Of a stretch of 64,000 nt of DNA, positions 26,559-37,959 are shown piece after piece. Under the pieces are notes generated by a model. That model was not told the origin of the DNA. It worked only from the letters and a program-made list of their open reading frames with translations, and ran no database searches. This DNA is from Chara braunii. Its lineage: Eukaryota > Plantae > Charophyceae. The stretch lies in the NCBI GenBank assembly GCA_003427395.1, contig BFEA01000030.1, positions 4,549,244 to 4,613,243 on the forward strand, written 5' to 3'. How positions within the stretch are numbered: position 1 is the stretch's first letter; every line of letters starts with the position of its first letter. A program made the position numbers and the translations under genes.

Positions 26559-27130
26559 CCTGCAGTCCATGCGCGTAGGCTTTAGAGATTTTGTGCATGA
26601 TATGATGATGCGCATGGACACTAAGATGCAAAATCGGCTAACGAATATGGAGAGGTTTTACAAAGGTGCAATGGAGGGAGTCAAGTTAGTAGCTCCAAAG
26701 AAGGAGGTAACCCGCCCGCATAGGGAGCCAGCGAAGATAAAATTTCTTATTTCTACAGTGGGAAAAAGGAAGAGAATTTCGATAACTGGGAGGCGAACGT
26801 TAATTCCCACATTCACCTCCAAAATATCCTACCTGAGGAGCAAGTCCTCATCGCCTTTCATGCCCTTAAAGACGAAGTGTCTAGCTTCGTCGTCGCTTGC
26901 CGCGATGCGCAATGTGACAATAATATGGTAGCGTACTACTAGATCACTCCCCTTATTGAATTCTTCAGGTTACTCCGCAAGCGGTTTGCAGACGTCACTA
27001 GGGGGATTAAAGTCTCTGATAAGCTGCAAACCATCCACTCACATCAGTGGAAGAGTGCTAGGGCACTCAAATGTGTTATGAATGAATTGGTTGCTGTCCC
27101 TGGGCATGGGGTCACTGAGAAACAGGTTGT
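26559..27130 (+). pseudogene. gag: gag continuation (capsid-like), frameshifted and truncated
   Basis: YSGKKEENFDNWE, EEQVLIAFHALKDE, LRKRFAD; ends in short tandem filler (CCTGTTTTTCATCCCCTGTTCTCT x3). Confidence 0.75.
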
Positions 27131-28799
27131 ACCACCTGTTTTTCATCCCCTGTTCTCTGCACGTGCTGTTTTTCATCCCCTGTTCTCTGAAACAACCTGT
27201 TTTTCATCCCCTGTTCTCTAACGCGCAAACCTTCTGCTTTCTGACTATGGGCCTAGGTCTTGAATTATGATTAAAACCACAGTATGCATAGTATAGTCCA
27301 CAAGTCGGAAAGTCTAAGAGGCAGAACCCAGGTCTTGAATTATGATTTAAACTACAGTATGCATCGCAGGCCGAAAAATCCTGACGAGCTGAGTATAGTT
27401 TTGCAAGGCTGTGCGCCGGGTGACCTCGACGGACTGCGGGATTTGGGCAAACCGGTGTAGAAGCTGAGTTGGCGGGATGACGATCGTTGTGGTGTAGAGG
27501 TTGGTATGTGGTGACCGGGATCGCCACTACCAAGGTAAGGAAGGTGTATGTGAACAAGTGGTTGTATGACCTAGGGTCATAGTTAGAGAGTAGAAGGTTT
27601 GTGAGTTTTTGATCTTCGGTTCCTCCTCTTCTTATATTGGAAGCTAAGTTCACGACGGATTGTCGGTTCTGTTTCTCAGATCTATTTGTGTGCCTATAAC
27701 TCCTCATTTCTCTTAGTCCTCTTCTTCGGTCAAGCTACGACTCCGTCTACCTCCTTCGACCTAATCTTTTTTTTTTTTTTTTTTTTCCCGTGAATGTTTG
27801 ATAACTCCCTCGGCCCTATCAGCTCCTGAGATCCTGTCCTGCTCGTCTTATTGGATTCAATTGGATGTCGCGAGGATGAGTATCGTTGAATCTAAAGAGA
27901 CCAGTGAGAATAGGCGATCTTATTTCGTCCCTCTCTCTGCTCCTCGGTATTCAATGGTTAATGTATGAGTGATCTCTCACACACATGTATCGATTGAGTT
28001 GTTACCCCGATGACGGGAACAAAGCAGAAATCTGAAGTGATCACTTCGATGTATGCTTAACTATTCGCACAAATGAAGAATGATTGTTTTATCGACTGAT
28101 TACGCTTTGAATTGGTTTGCACGATGGGTGGAAGATAATTCATATTGTGGTGTCTAGTTGTTCTTCTGATCGAATAACCGATCGATTAGACATACGCGAT
28201 CAACCTCGCCGATGCCATGTGGACTAGTTGCCCCGATCCAAGCGGGCGTCGACTTCCCGCATCCCCGCCTCGCCCGTTCCCTTGCATTGAGGAAAGGACA
28301 CGTATATGTGAGTGGGACGTACGTGAAGTCATCGCTAAGATCGGTGGGCGCTACTATTTTCCTCCCTAAACGAGGTGTTTGGGGTTCGTAAGTGCTGGTT
28401 TTGTCATTATCGATACTCATTTTTCCTCGCACTCGTTGCTATTGCCTTTTAACGAGTCGATTGTCATCCCGTAGACGGCGGTGTTGCCTCATAATGTGAC
28501 CTAAAAACACGCTGTGCAGCGATTGTTGCCGCACCGGGCGTTATCGGGAAAAGGGGTTCCACTACCAGACACATGGCGAGGACGAACACAAGGAACGAGC
28601 GACCAGGCTGAGGCCATGCACGTCGGATTCCGAACTCTATAGGGAATGGCGCCGGAACTTAATCCAAAAACGAGATCCCACATGTGTACCCCCGCCTTTC
28701 TGTTCGAAAAGATGACGAGTAGCCCGCATGGAGGTTCAAAGACACTTTTTGGATTATGAACGTTTGAAACCAGCATGCGCTATTTCCTTCCCGCTCGTC

Positions 28800-28978
28800 T
28801 ATGGCCCTTCCTTACTAAAACTGGAACCACACGGGGGATTTCAGTTCCGTCTGTGTCCCCAAACTCAATTTCCCCCAAAATTCTTGGCACACCCATTTTG
28901 CTGTTCTTTCAGGGCCTGCCCCGCATAATTTATCACTCCGACCGGAAGACAGCACAGGGTGTGAGGTTGAACGTCACA
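28800..28978 (+). repeat. 3' end of an LTR related to family 1 (upstream extent unresolved)
   Basis: AAAATTCTTGGCACACCC and GTGAGGTTGAACGTCACA parallel family-1 AAAATCCTTGGCACACCC and GTGAGGTTGGGCGTCACA. Confidence 0.6.
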
Positions 28979-29182
28979 CTTGGTTGGTACACAGTACTGG
29001 CTTGGTAGAGACTTGCTGGTTGGTATGGATACCTGAGGTTAGGGTTAGGGTAGTATGAGAGTTCCGAGTAGATAAGCATTCTGAGAAGTCAGCATCAATC
29101 TCTAGCTTATTATCTCAATCATCCCGAAGTGTTCCTGAATCATCCCAAATTTTCATCAATCGTCAATGTACGCCAATTATAA

Positions 29183-29236
29183 GGGACGCTGGGCCGGGTT
29201 CCAAGCGCGTGCTGCTCCCCACGAATAGATTGGAGC
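29183..29236 (+). other. 3' module, CGTG/CACG variant
   Basis: GGGACGCTGGGCCGGGTTCCAAGCGCGTGCTGCTCCCCACGAATAGATTGGAGC then A-rich tail. Confidence 0.8.
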
Positions 29237-29402
29237 ATTTTGAATATAAAAAGAAGAAGAAAAAGGTAATGGAAGTCCGAAGTCCGTTGAGTGTCCTGGG
29301 CAGGGTCTTTTTTTGGGGCAGCCTCTGTATCTGCCGCCCCAGGGTTGGGGGGAAGAGGATTGCCCCTGCCTACAACTAATGTCCTCAATGTTGTTTACGT
29401 AT

Positions 29403-29454
29403 GGGACGCTGACCCGGTTGTCAGCAGGTGGCGGTCCCCAGCAATATACGGAGT
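29403..29454 (+). other. 3' module, variant
   Basis: GGGACGCTGACCCGGTTGTCAGCAGGTGGCGGTCCCCAGCAATATACGGAGT. Confidence 0.65.
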
Positions 29455-29856
29455 GTCCAGACTCCACAGTGGCATAAACACACTGAAACTCTAGTGATTG
29501 CCAAGGGCGACTGACTGGCTCACAAAACTCTGAGACTAAACCACTTCTACCTCCGAGCCTCTCTTTCCCGCGGTGGAATTCTGCGTCGTGCCGAGTTCAA
29601 AATGAACCAGTGCTGAGGTCTTCTTATTTATTCCTTTTGGCTGTCGCCACCAGCCAAAATGGTCAGGGAGGTTGAGCCCCCGAAGAACGCGGATGTAAAC
29701 AAATCCATCGCGAAAGTATTCCTGGGAGAGGCAGTGGGGAGAAGAAGAGAGCATCAATCTGAACAGTGCCATGAAGAGGTTCTCGGGAAAATGAACAAAA
29801 ACAAACATCATGACCAGGTTCCACAGAGAGGTTCCGAAAAGAAGAGAAACTATAAA

Positions 29857-30053
29857 GGGGAAACCACGCCGGAATCACAAAAATAAGTTATAATTGCACT
29901 ATGGGCCAAGATACAGTTTCCAAATGCAATTGGGGCAATGTATACAACCCAGCTTTCTGGCCAGGTAGGATGCCTGAAGTGCAATTGCAAACTGTATCTT
30001 GCCCCATAGTGCAATTATAACTTGTGTTTTTGTGACTCTACTGAAGTTACCCC
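29857..30053 (-). mobile_element. MITE family A
   Basis: Matches 19594-19790. Confidence 0.85.
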
Positions 30054-31034
30054 TAACTGTAAAAGAATTGGTCATTGCTGGAGATGGAAAGAAAAAATCC
30101 AGAATACGGTATCAGAAATATCCATTAAGAAATGGCTTGAACATTGATGATGTCATATCGAAGGCAGCCGCAGATGCTGGTTTGCACCTAATCACACTCC
30201 CACCACCACCTCAAAATCTCATGGTATCAATGCACAAGCAAAACAGCCATAGAAGGGGTCAGCAAATAAACAGTGGGCAGGGGGTCTGAAGGTTGGATCA
30301 TCTTAATCAAGTTGCGGGGAGAGCGAAATGGGGCTAAGGGGGCCCGGGGAGCGAAGCAGGGAAAAGGGGAAAGGGGAGGAAAGGGCAATCTGACAGTGTT
30401 GGCCCTCCGGGGATTTGGATTACACGGCACAACAACAAAATCAATAAGAATAAAAAGCTACCATGGAGTAAGGGGAAAGGGGCCGAAGGTCAACAATTCA
30501 AGTCGGGGGTCCATATCGGGGGAAAGGGGATTGTCGGGGTAGTGTCGCAGAACCTTCCACGCTTGCCTTCCAATAGGCCCCACGGAGGCATGGCTAGATC
30601 ATTGTTGGGAAATCTAATGGTCACAATCAGATCGGAAAGATCAACTCAGGGTGACATTCGTCTGATTTCGAAACCTAGATGAAGACATCGCTCAGTGGGG
30701 CCTGCCTCTTAGACTGACTTTTTTTTTTTTTTTTTTTTTTGAAAGCCCAGGGTGTTGTAGAGGCCAAGGACCGGCCTCGCGGTGATTGCTGGTAGCAGCA
30801 GCCAATGGTTGTCCTGACAGGATAGGCCACCTACCCTACCCTACCCATCCCCACGTTGTGGCAAGGCCTGGGGCACGCGTCATGATGCTTGTTGTGCAAG
30901 CTTTTCCCACCTGCGCCAGATCCTGGGTGAGAAAAGTACTCCTACTTATCGAGCCTGTGGACTGCATCCTATCATCCACTTGGAGAGTTTGGCCGCATTT
31001 CGATGCGCCTTTCGTTTATTTATAGGGGGTATTA

Positions 31035-31232
31035 GGGGTAACTAGGTGGGAGTGGCAAAAAAAAAACAGTTAGAAATTACACTTCAGGCCAAAACTAGTT
31101 TCAAACTGCACTCCTGGCAATGCATACAAGCCAGGTTTCTAGTCAGGTACATTGTCTGGACTGCAATTTGAAATTCGTTTTCGCCCCAAGTGTAATTTCA
31201 AACTGTTTTTGTGACTCCCGCGTAGGTACCCC
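31035..31232. mobile_element. MITE family A, diverged copy
   Basis: GGGGTAAC...TTTTTGTGACTCCCGCGTAGGTACCCC; same length. Confidence 0.6.
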
Positions 31233-31295
31233 TTATTTATATCTTTTGTTCGCAGAAACATCGTGCAAGCCACCATCCAAGGGTGATAAGAGCAT

Positions 31296-31332
<37 letters not shown>

Positions 31333-32217
31333 AGGGTGATAAGAGCATCCCCAAATTGTGGATTTGCCAGTTCATCACTCCAATCTGTTGGTGGGGGAAG
31401 TCACCATATAACCAAGCTTGACCTTGCCTCATTTTTTTTCAAAAGAGGTAGCCCTTGCGTCCTTATGAAAAATTGTATCCAATAGGATTTGATCTCTGGA
31501 TTTGCTTATAGACAGTTATGTGGGTGTGCCTTCCAGTGGCAAGGAAGATGTCAGCCTGACCCTGCCCAGGTGGACTGGGGAGACCATTTCCTTTCTTTTT
31601 TTTTTTTTTCTTTTTTTTTTCTTTTTTTTTTACTTTTTTTTTAAAAAGCCCAGGAGTGAGATCCCACTAGCCATGTATGTGGATTAGTGTGACGGGTGTG
31701 GGACAGGTGGGGGACAGGTGGGTAGCAGCGTGAAATAGGGAAAATCAACACAAAAAAACATTTCATGACCAAACAAATGAAGAAAAAACTGCTAAAAAAG
31801 AAAAGGAAAGTGCTCTTCTCACAGATGGTATCTGCTCCAGGTGGGGTGTCAGATGTCAGGGTATGATTCACTGACCACGGCTGTGGCAGTCAAGATGACT
31901 GCATGTGAGTGGGCACACGGACCATATTCATCGACAATCGTCTGAGGCTTCCTTGAAATAGGCCGCAGTGCACGCTGTTCGGTTGTTCTGACAGAGATTC
32001 TCTTTGGCAAAGGAGGGCAAGAGTAACTCCATACACCATTTGATGTAGGTGAGGGGATCAAATCCTCTCAAACGCCTCCCAAACCACGATCAATTTCCAG
32101 CGAATGCTGCTAGGATATCACGGGCATCTGGCGGCCAGGTTCTGGCAGCACTTCTTTCTTTTTCATACTTTCCATACTTCATGTTTTTGAACCATGTTTC
32201 GGTAATACCTGATTTGA

Positions 32218-32370
32218 GGGACGCTGGACCCGTTTTCCAGCAGGTGCAGCTCCCCACCAATAGACCGGAGCCAGTAGCTGAACTGCTAGTGGTGGATGCT
32301 CATACCAACACCATTAGCAATCTCAGCCGGTTTATCTTAAAAACAAAAAAAACAAAAAAAAAAAAAAAAA
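32218..32370 (+). other. 3' module plus hairpin plus poly(A)
   Basis: Core 32218-32271; TGCTAGTGGTG/CACCATTAGCA stem; A tract 32339-32370. Confidence 0.85.
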
Positions 32371-32613
32371 GCCATTCGTCTTTGACTTCGCCGTGAGTGA
32401 AACGTGTGTGATTTCATGAACCGAAAAACTTGGTTGTGATTTCACGCACGTTTGGGACGGCCACAGGACCCCAACAACAAAAAACAAAAGAAAAACCTAC
32501 CAATGGGAGAGCAAAAGAAAACATCCTTTTCCTGGGCTTAATTCGCAAAAACAGGCTACCACTGATTTCCTGCCAAATCCACGATGCCTGACAGTCACAC
32601 ACCTTAAAGACTA

Positions 32614-32617
<4 letters not shown>

Positions 32618-32644
<27 letters not shown>

Positions 32645-32761
32645 CGAAACAGACCCTCCAGTGATAGCGATGCTGGGAAAAGCAGACATCGCTACCACCT
32701 GGGGAAAGGCTCCATCTATTGGTGGGGAGCATCACCTGCTGGAAACCGGGTCCAGCGTCCC
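32618..32761 (-). other. 3' module of LINE-a plus hairpin plus poly(A)
   Basis: Core 32709-32761; GTGGTAGCGATG/CATCGCTATCAC stem. Confidence 0.88.
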
Positions 32762-32999
32762 TGATGAGAAAGATACAGTTGAAGTGCCATCAGACAACAA
32801 CATGGGACAGAAAAACTGTAGGAACAGCCTACCAGTATTGATTGCCCTGGAGGCCAGGGGATTGACTGAGCAGGGCGGGAAAGGGTGGAGCCTCTTCACC
32901 AAAATCTCGGCGCCAGAATCCTATAATTACTTGCTAGCTTCCTTTTTCCCCTAACTAAGATATTCTCTGTCCTGCGAGAACTCTTGCTACTCAGAATCC

Positions 33000-35900
33000 C
33001 TACCATACCAAGACAAAGGAACCAATGCATTCTGGGGTACTGGGAAGAGACTTGGGAAATCGTTGGCGGGGCGTAGGGAGATTGAGGGGTCCACCTGAGT
33101 CCATTCATTAAATATCAACTTATAATTCCTATTGAGGACTTTTTCTTCCTCTGTCTCGGCATCCTCCCATTCAACCCTCCCTATTTTTCCCCTTTCCCCC
33201 CCCACCCAGCCAGTTACTGCTGAATTGTTGGATTATTTTAGAAACTTCTTTTTTGGATGAGTTGAATTGAATTGTTTCTTTTCAACTTGACCATTTATCC
33301 TGGATGTGAGTTTGAATCTGTTGTTTGATCGTATCAGTAAACTTTGGACCATCTAACCTCACGTTCTCCCATTCATAAGTGTTCCTTCTTTGCCAAATGG
33401 TCCAAAATACCGCTCTCCTTCCCAAGGAGAAAATATTCTGGGTGAAGTTGTCCTCTGGTTCAGGGGACCAGTGTTCCAGTAAGATTGCTTTCCATCCCCA
33501 TGGCCACTCATGTTCTGTTTCTAATTGTTCCCAGATTCGGTCCCACCAGCGCCATNNNNNNNNNNNNNNNNNNNNNNNNNNNNNNNNNNNNNNNNNNNNN
33601 NNNNNNNNNNNNNNNNNNNNNNNNNNNNNNNNNNNNNNNNNNNNNNNNNNNNNNNNNNNNNNNNNNNNNNNNNNNNNNNNNNNNNNNNNNNNNNNNNNNN
33701 NNNNNNNNNNNNNNNNNNNNNNNNNNNNNNNNNNNNNNNNNNNNNNNNNNNNNNNNNNNNNNNNNNNNNNNNNNNNNNNNNNNNNNNNNNNNNNNNNNNN
33801 NNNNNNNNNNNNNNNNNNNNNNNNNNNNNNNNNNNNNNNNNNNNNNNNNNNNNNNNNNNNNNNNNNNNNNNNNNNNNNNNNNNNNNNNNNNNNNNNNNNN
33901 NNNNNNNNNNNNNNNNNNNNNNNNNNNNNNNNNNNNNNNNNNNNNNNNNNNNNNNNNNNNNNNNNNNNNNNNNNNNNNNNNNNNNNNNNNNNNNNNNNNN
34001 NNNNNNNNNNNNNNNNNNNNNNNNNNNNNNNNNNNNNNNNNNNNNNNNNNNNNNNNNNNNNNNNNNNNNNNNNNNNNNNNNNNNNNNNNNNNNNNNNNNN
34101 NNNNNNNNNNNNNNNNNNNNNNNNNNNNNNNNNNNNNNNNNNNNNNNNNNNNNNNNNNNNNNNNNNNNNNNNNNNNNNNNNNNNNNNNNNNNNNNNNNNN
34201 NNNNNNNNNNNNNNNNNNNNNNNNNTTGTGTGTTATGACAATGTTTTAGCTTCTTTTGAAGGATGTGGTTAGAAATCCAATCTCTAGACTCCTCGTCCCA
34301 AATGTCCCTGATCCTAGTTACCCCTCTCCTAATCCAGTTCTTCCAAGGGGCATCATTACAATGTAATGTGGTGCCTTGATGATCCCTGATCTATGTGTTG
34401 TTGAAGAGTGGTTGTTGGTTAATTTCCTCCCACCTATGGGGGAAATGTTTATCTTGTATAGGTAGTTTCCTCCAGGTCTTGAGGATGGTAGGCCAGAAAG
34501 AGTCATTAATGATATCCTTCTTCGCTGCCTCCCTACTGGTCATTAGGCTTGGATCTACCTCTTTGGTCAAACCTTTGGGAATTGACCATTCCCTATTTTT
34601 CACAGGGTCTATGTCCTCACTTGTCCGGGGAGCCAGTCTCCTCAACTGTTCCCATGCCAGACCGTTCCATGAAGTTTGAAGATTGAAAAGTAATCTCTTC
34701 ACCCATTGTATTGAGAGCGCCATGGCCTGGAGAGTTGGGTCAATAATGCCCAACCCTCCCTTTGATTTTGGTTGGATGACTGAGGACCAGGCCACTATAC
34801 TAATTACGTTCTTAAGATCATGGTTTCCTCTCCATAAGAAGGCCATGAGCTGTTGATGACGGGATTGTGTCCATTTACCATCAAGGGCCCAAATTGCGGA
34901 TTTATACCAAATGGAAGCTAGGATTACATTATTAATTACTAAGGCTCTGCCCATTATCGATGTGTGCTTATTTTTCCAGAGTTCCAGTTTGGATTGTGCG
35001 TTTTGAAATATAATCTCATCATTAATTTTGGGCTTCCCTTCTGCAGTCATCGAGATGCCAAGCACTCTTATTGGCTTGTCAAGGGGCAACCATTGAATTT
35101 TAGGCTCTTCTGGGGGTCTAACACCCTGATGATGAATCCACCACCCCAGAGTCTTGCTTCCCCAATTTACTTTCATGTCGGATAATTCGCAAAATTTGTT
35201 CATTAGTTCCTGTATCACTTCCATGTTCTCATGTGTCACGTCTACCATCAAGGAGAGGTCGTCTGCAAAAAGAGAACATATGGGGATTGCCTCTTCCGGT
35301 ATGGATGTCACTTGAATTTTCCTAATGTCCTTGTGATGTTTGAGGTTAACCGCTAAGGCCTCCATTATAATAATGAAGAGGAAAGGAGTCAGAGGATCAC
35401 CCTACCTGACCGATCTCTGAAGTTGTATTGGGGGTGTCATACTACCATTTACCATGACGCTCGTGGTTGCGTTATGATGCATGATAGTGATCCACCTTCT
35501 GAAACGCGGACCAAAGTTCATTTTCTCCAAACATTTATCCAGGAAGAGTCAGTCAACGTGATCATAAGCCTTTTCAAAGTCAATGAAGATAAATGCTGCA
35601 CTATGTTTGGATTGTCGTGTGATTTTAATGAACTCATTTATTAAAAGGATGTTATCTTGAATATTACGCCCTGAGATGAATCCCGTTTGTGAGAGAGAAG
35701 GTTAACAACAGTCGTATTTTTCATCACCACTTCAGGACACCCTGCACCACCTCAGGATGCAGCCTGCCTAAACAGGTGGTTTTCAGGGTCTTCGGACCTT
35801 TCACCACTTCAGGACTATTCAGGTCTGAAAATCCTGAATGGTCATGAAGTGGTGAAAGCTCCGAAGACCCTGAAAACTACCTGTTTAGGCAGGCTGCATC

Positions 35901-37076
35901 CTCAAGTGGTGAAGGGTGGTTTTCATGGTCTTCGGACCTTTCACCACTTCAGGACCATTCATGATTTTCAGACTGCCCAAAACTCTCACTTCACCATTTC
36001 AGGACACCCTTCACCACTTCAGGATGCAGCCTGCCTAAACAGGTGGTTTTCAGGGTCTTCGGACCTTTCACCACTTCAGGACCATTCAGGATTTTCGGAC
36101 TGCCAAAAACTCTCACTTCAGAATTTTCATTCCTTAATTTTAAGCTACCCGATAACCGCTTGTGGTTTGTGAAGGGTGAATGATGTCAGCTATGACTTTG
36201 AATATTCTATCTACTCGTGCTTTGACAACTAATTTATACACTACAGTGAGGAGTGTGATGGGGTGGTAATTCCGAATATTCATCTTGTCCCCATTCTTGT
36301 AAAGGAGAGTGAAAATCCCTTGACTGACTATTTCCCCCATATCACCCGCCTCCCAGACCGCCTGGTAAAATTTCATTAGATCCTGAGAAAGAGTATCCCA
36401 CATGGATTCCCTGAATTCTTTTGGGAGGCCATCAATTCTTGGCGTCTTGTCTTCTTCCATCAGGATTAAGGCTTTTCAAATTTCGTCTTTCGTTAGAGGC
36501 ATATCCAGTGTCTCATTTTGTTGTTTCGTGATAGATTTATTGAAGGGGATTAGAAATTCGCTGATTTGTCTTTCTTTTTCCGATCGGGGAATCGAAGAGT
36601 TTTTTGAAGAGAAGAGGTCCTTATAAAAATCCCGTGCTAACTTCATACTAGCTGCTGTTGAGATGGCCAGTGGTTCATCATTAGAGAATGGGTTGATTAA
36701 GGCTTCTATTATAGTTCTTCCAGTTCGAGCTCTGGCCATGGCAAAGAACCGAGCATCCATGTCTCCTTCCATTTGATGTTTTTTTCAGTTTGCCTCTGAC
36801 TCGGACGCCCTGCCATCTGTATTCTATATACTTGAGTAATTGACCTTCTAGTGACTGAATCTCAGTAGATATTGCTGCGAGGTCCTCTTGGTTCTGTGGA
36901 CTCAATTCTGTTTTCTGTAAGTCTTGAATTCTTTCTTGAATTTCTCTCTCTTTTTTATGTCTTAATTTTGCCAGGGCTCTTGAATATTCATTGCATTTAC
37001 GTCCTAGAAAAATTAGGCCGTTGTTGAACCAAGTGATGTCATTTTGGATGAGGTTTTTTTGCCTTCTCCAAAATTC
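33000..37076 (-). pseudogene. LINE ORF2 reverse transcriptase and C-terminal region, interrupted by the 472-bp element and an N-gap
   Basis: KTPRIDGLP, NYHPITLL..YKL, SQT|GFI.GR.IQDN, GDPLTPFLF, LFADDL, VAWSSVIQPKSKGGLGI. Confidence 0.93.
35693..36164 (-). mobile_element. 472-bp non-autonomous element with 8-bp TSD (GTTTGTGA), copy 1
   Basis: TSD at 35685-35692 and 36165-36172; excision restores LINE RT HPSQTGF; reverse complement of 42149-42620. Confidence 0.92.
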
Positions 37077-37931
37077 TCACACATCTTTAAGGTACTGTAG
37101 GAAGTCCTGATCCTTCAGGTGGAACGTATTGAGTTTATAAAACCCCTTGCCTTGATCCAGTTTCTTACGGAAGGAGAAGACCGCCATACACATTGCATAA
37201 TCTAGCCCTGGGAATGGGCTTCTAGGGAGGATGCTTGCAAATTGGAGGCCTCCTTGAAGATCTTCTGAGACTAAGATGAGGTCTATCCTTGATTTGGTAG
37301 GTTTGTTTGAATGTCTTTTGGTGAAGCAGGAGAAAGACATAGTAGCTGGATTTAATCTTTTGAATGAGTCAAACAAGTTAAATGGCGTACACAGATCGGA
37401 TATGATATGTTCATCCTCTTCGATGTATGTTGGACACGGCGTGGGTATGTTCCATCTATCGAGATTACGGTCTGGGGCTGCGTTGAAGTCGCCCACCATT
37501 ATGACGGGAATACCAATTGGGAGGTGGGGAACGAGAGAGTCAAAGAAAACCTTGCGTTCCCTGACTTCATTTGGACCATATACGTTAAGTATACTAACCA
37601 CTTCTAATTCCAGCATCGCCAATATATATATCCATCTTCCTTCTTTCTGATCCGCTTCCCATTTTAATATTTCAACTTTAGAGTGTGTAGGGATCCATAT
37701 TGCTACCCCCGCGCTACCGGGTTTTGTAGCATGAGCTCGGAACGCCGTGTGGGGCCAGAACTGTTTATGTATGTGGTTATGGGGTGGGGTATCCATTAAG
37801 TGTGTCTCTTGGATGCATATCACATCGGGCCACTCCCTTCCCCCTACCCCTTTTATAAGTTCAGAGATGGCTTGGCGTTTAATGGTCTTAGCAGTCGCTA
37901 AGCCATTCACATTCAAGGTTCTAAGGTCCAA
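37077..37931 (-). pseudogene. LINE ORF2 apurinic-like endonuclease domain
   Basis: TLNVNGL, DVICIQETH, LNVYGPN, VGDFN, SRIDLILVS. Confidence 0.95.
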
Positions 37932-37959
37932 ATCAACATTCCTCTTAATCTTTATTGTT

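Noticed and set aside
29037-29051. Interstitial telomeric TTAGGG
   Set aside because: Only about two units; expected by chance.
32760-32775. Hammerhead core CTGATGA..GAAA next to the pseudoknot module
   Set aside because: No room for stem II, antisense to the LINE, and absent from the other copies.
33379-34272. Long ORFs spanning N-runs (also 5669-6005, 14748-15266, 23171-23527)
   Set aside because: Artefacts of assembly gaps and microsatellites.
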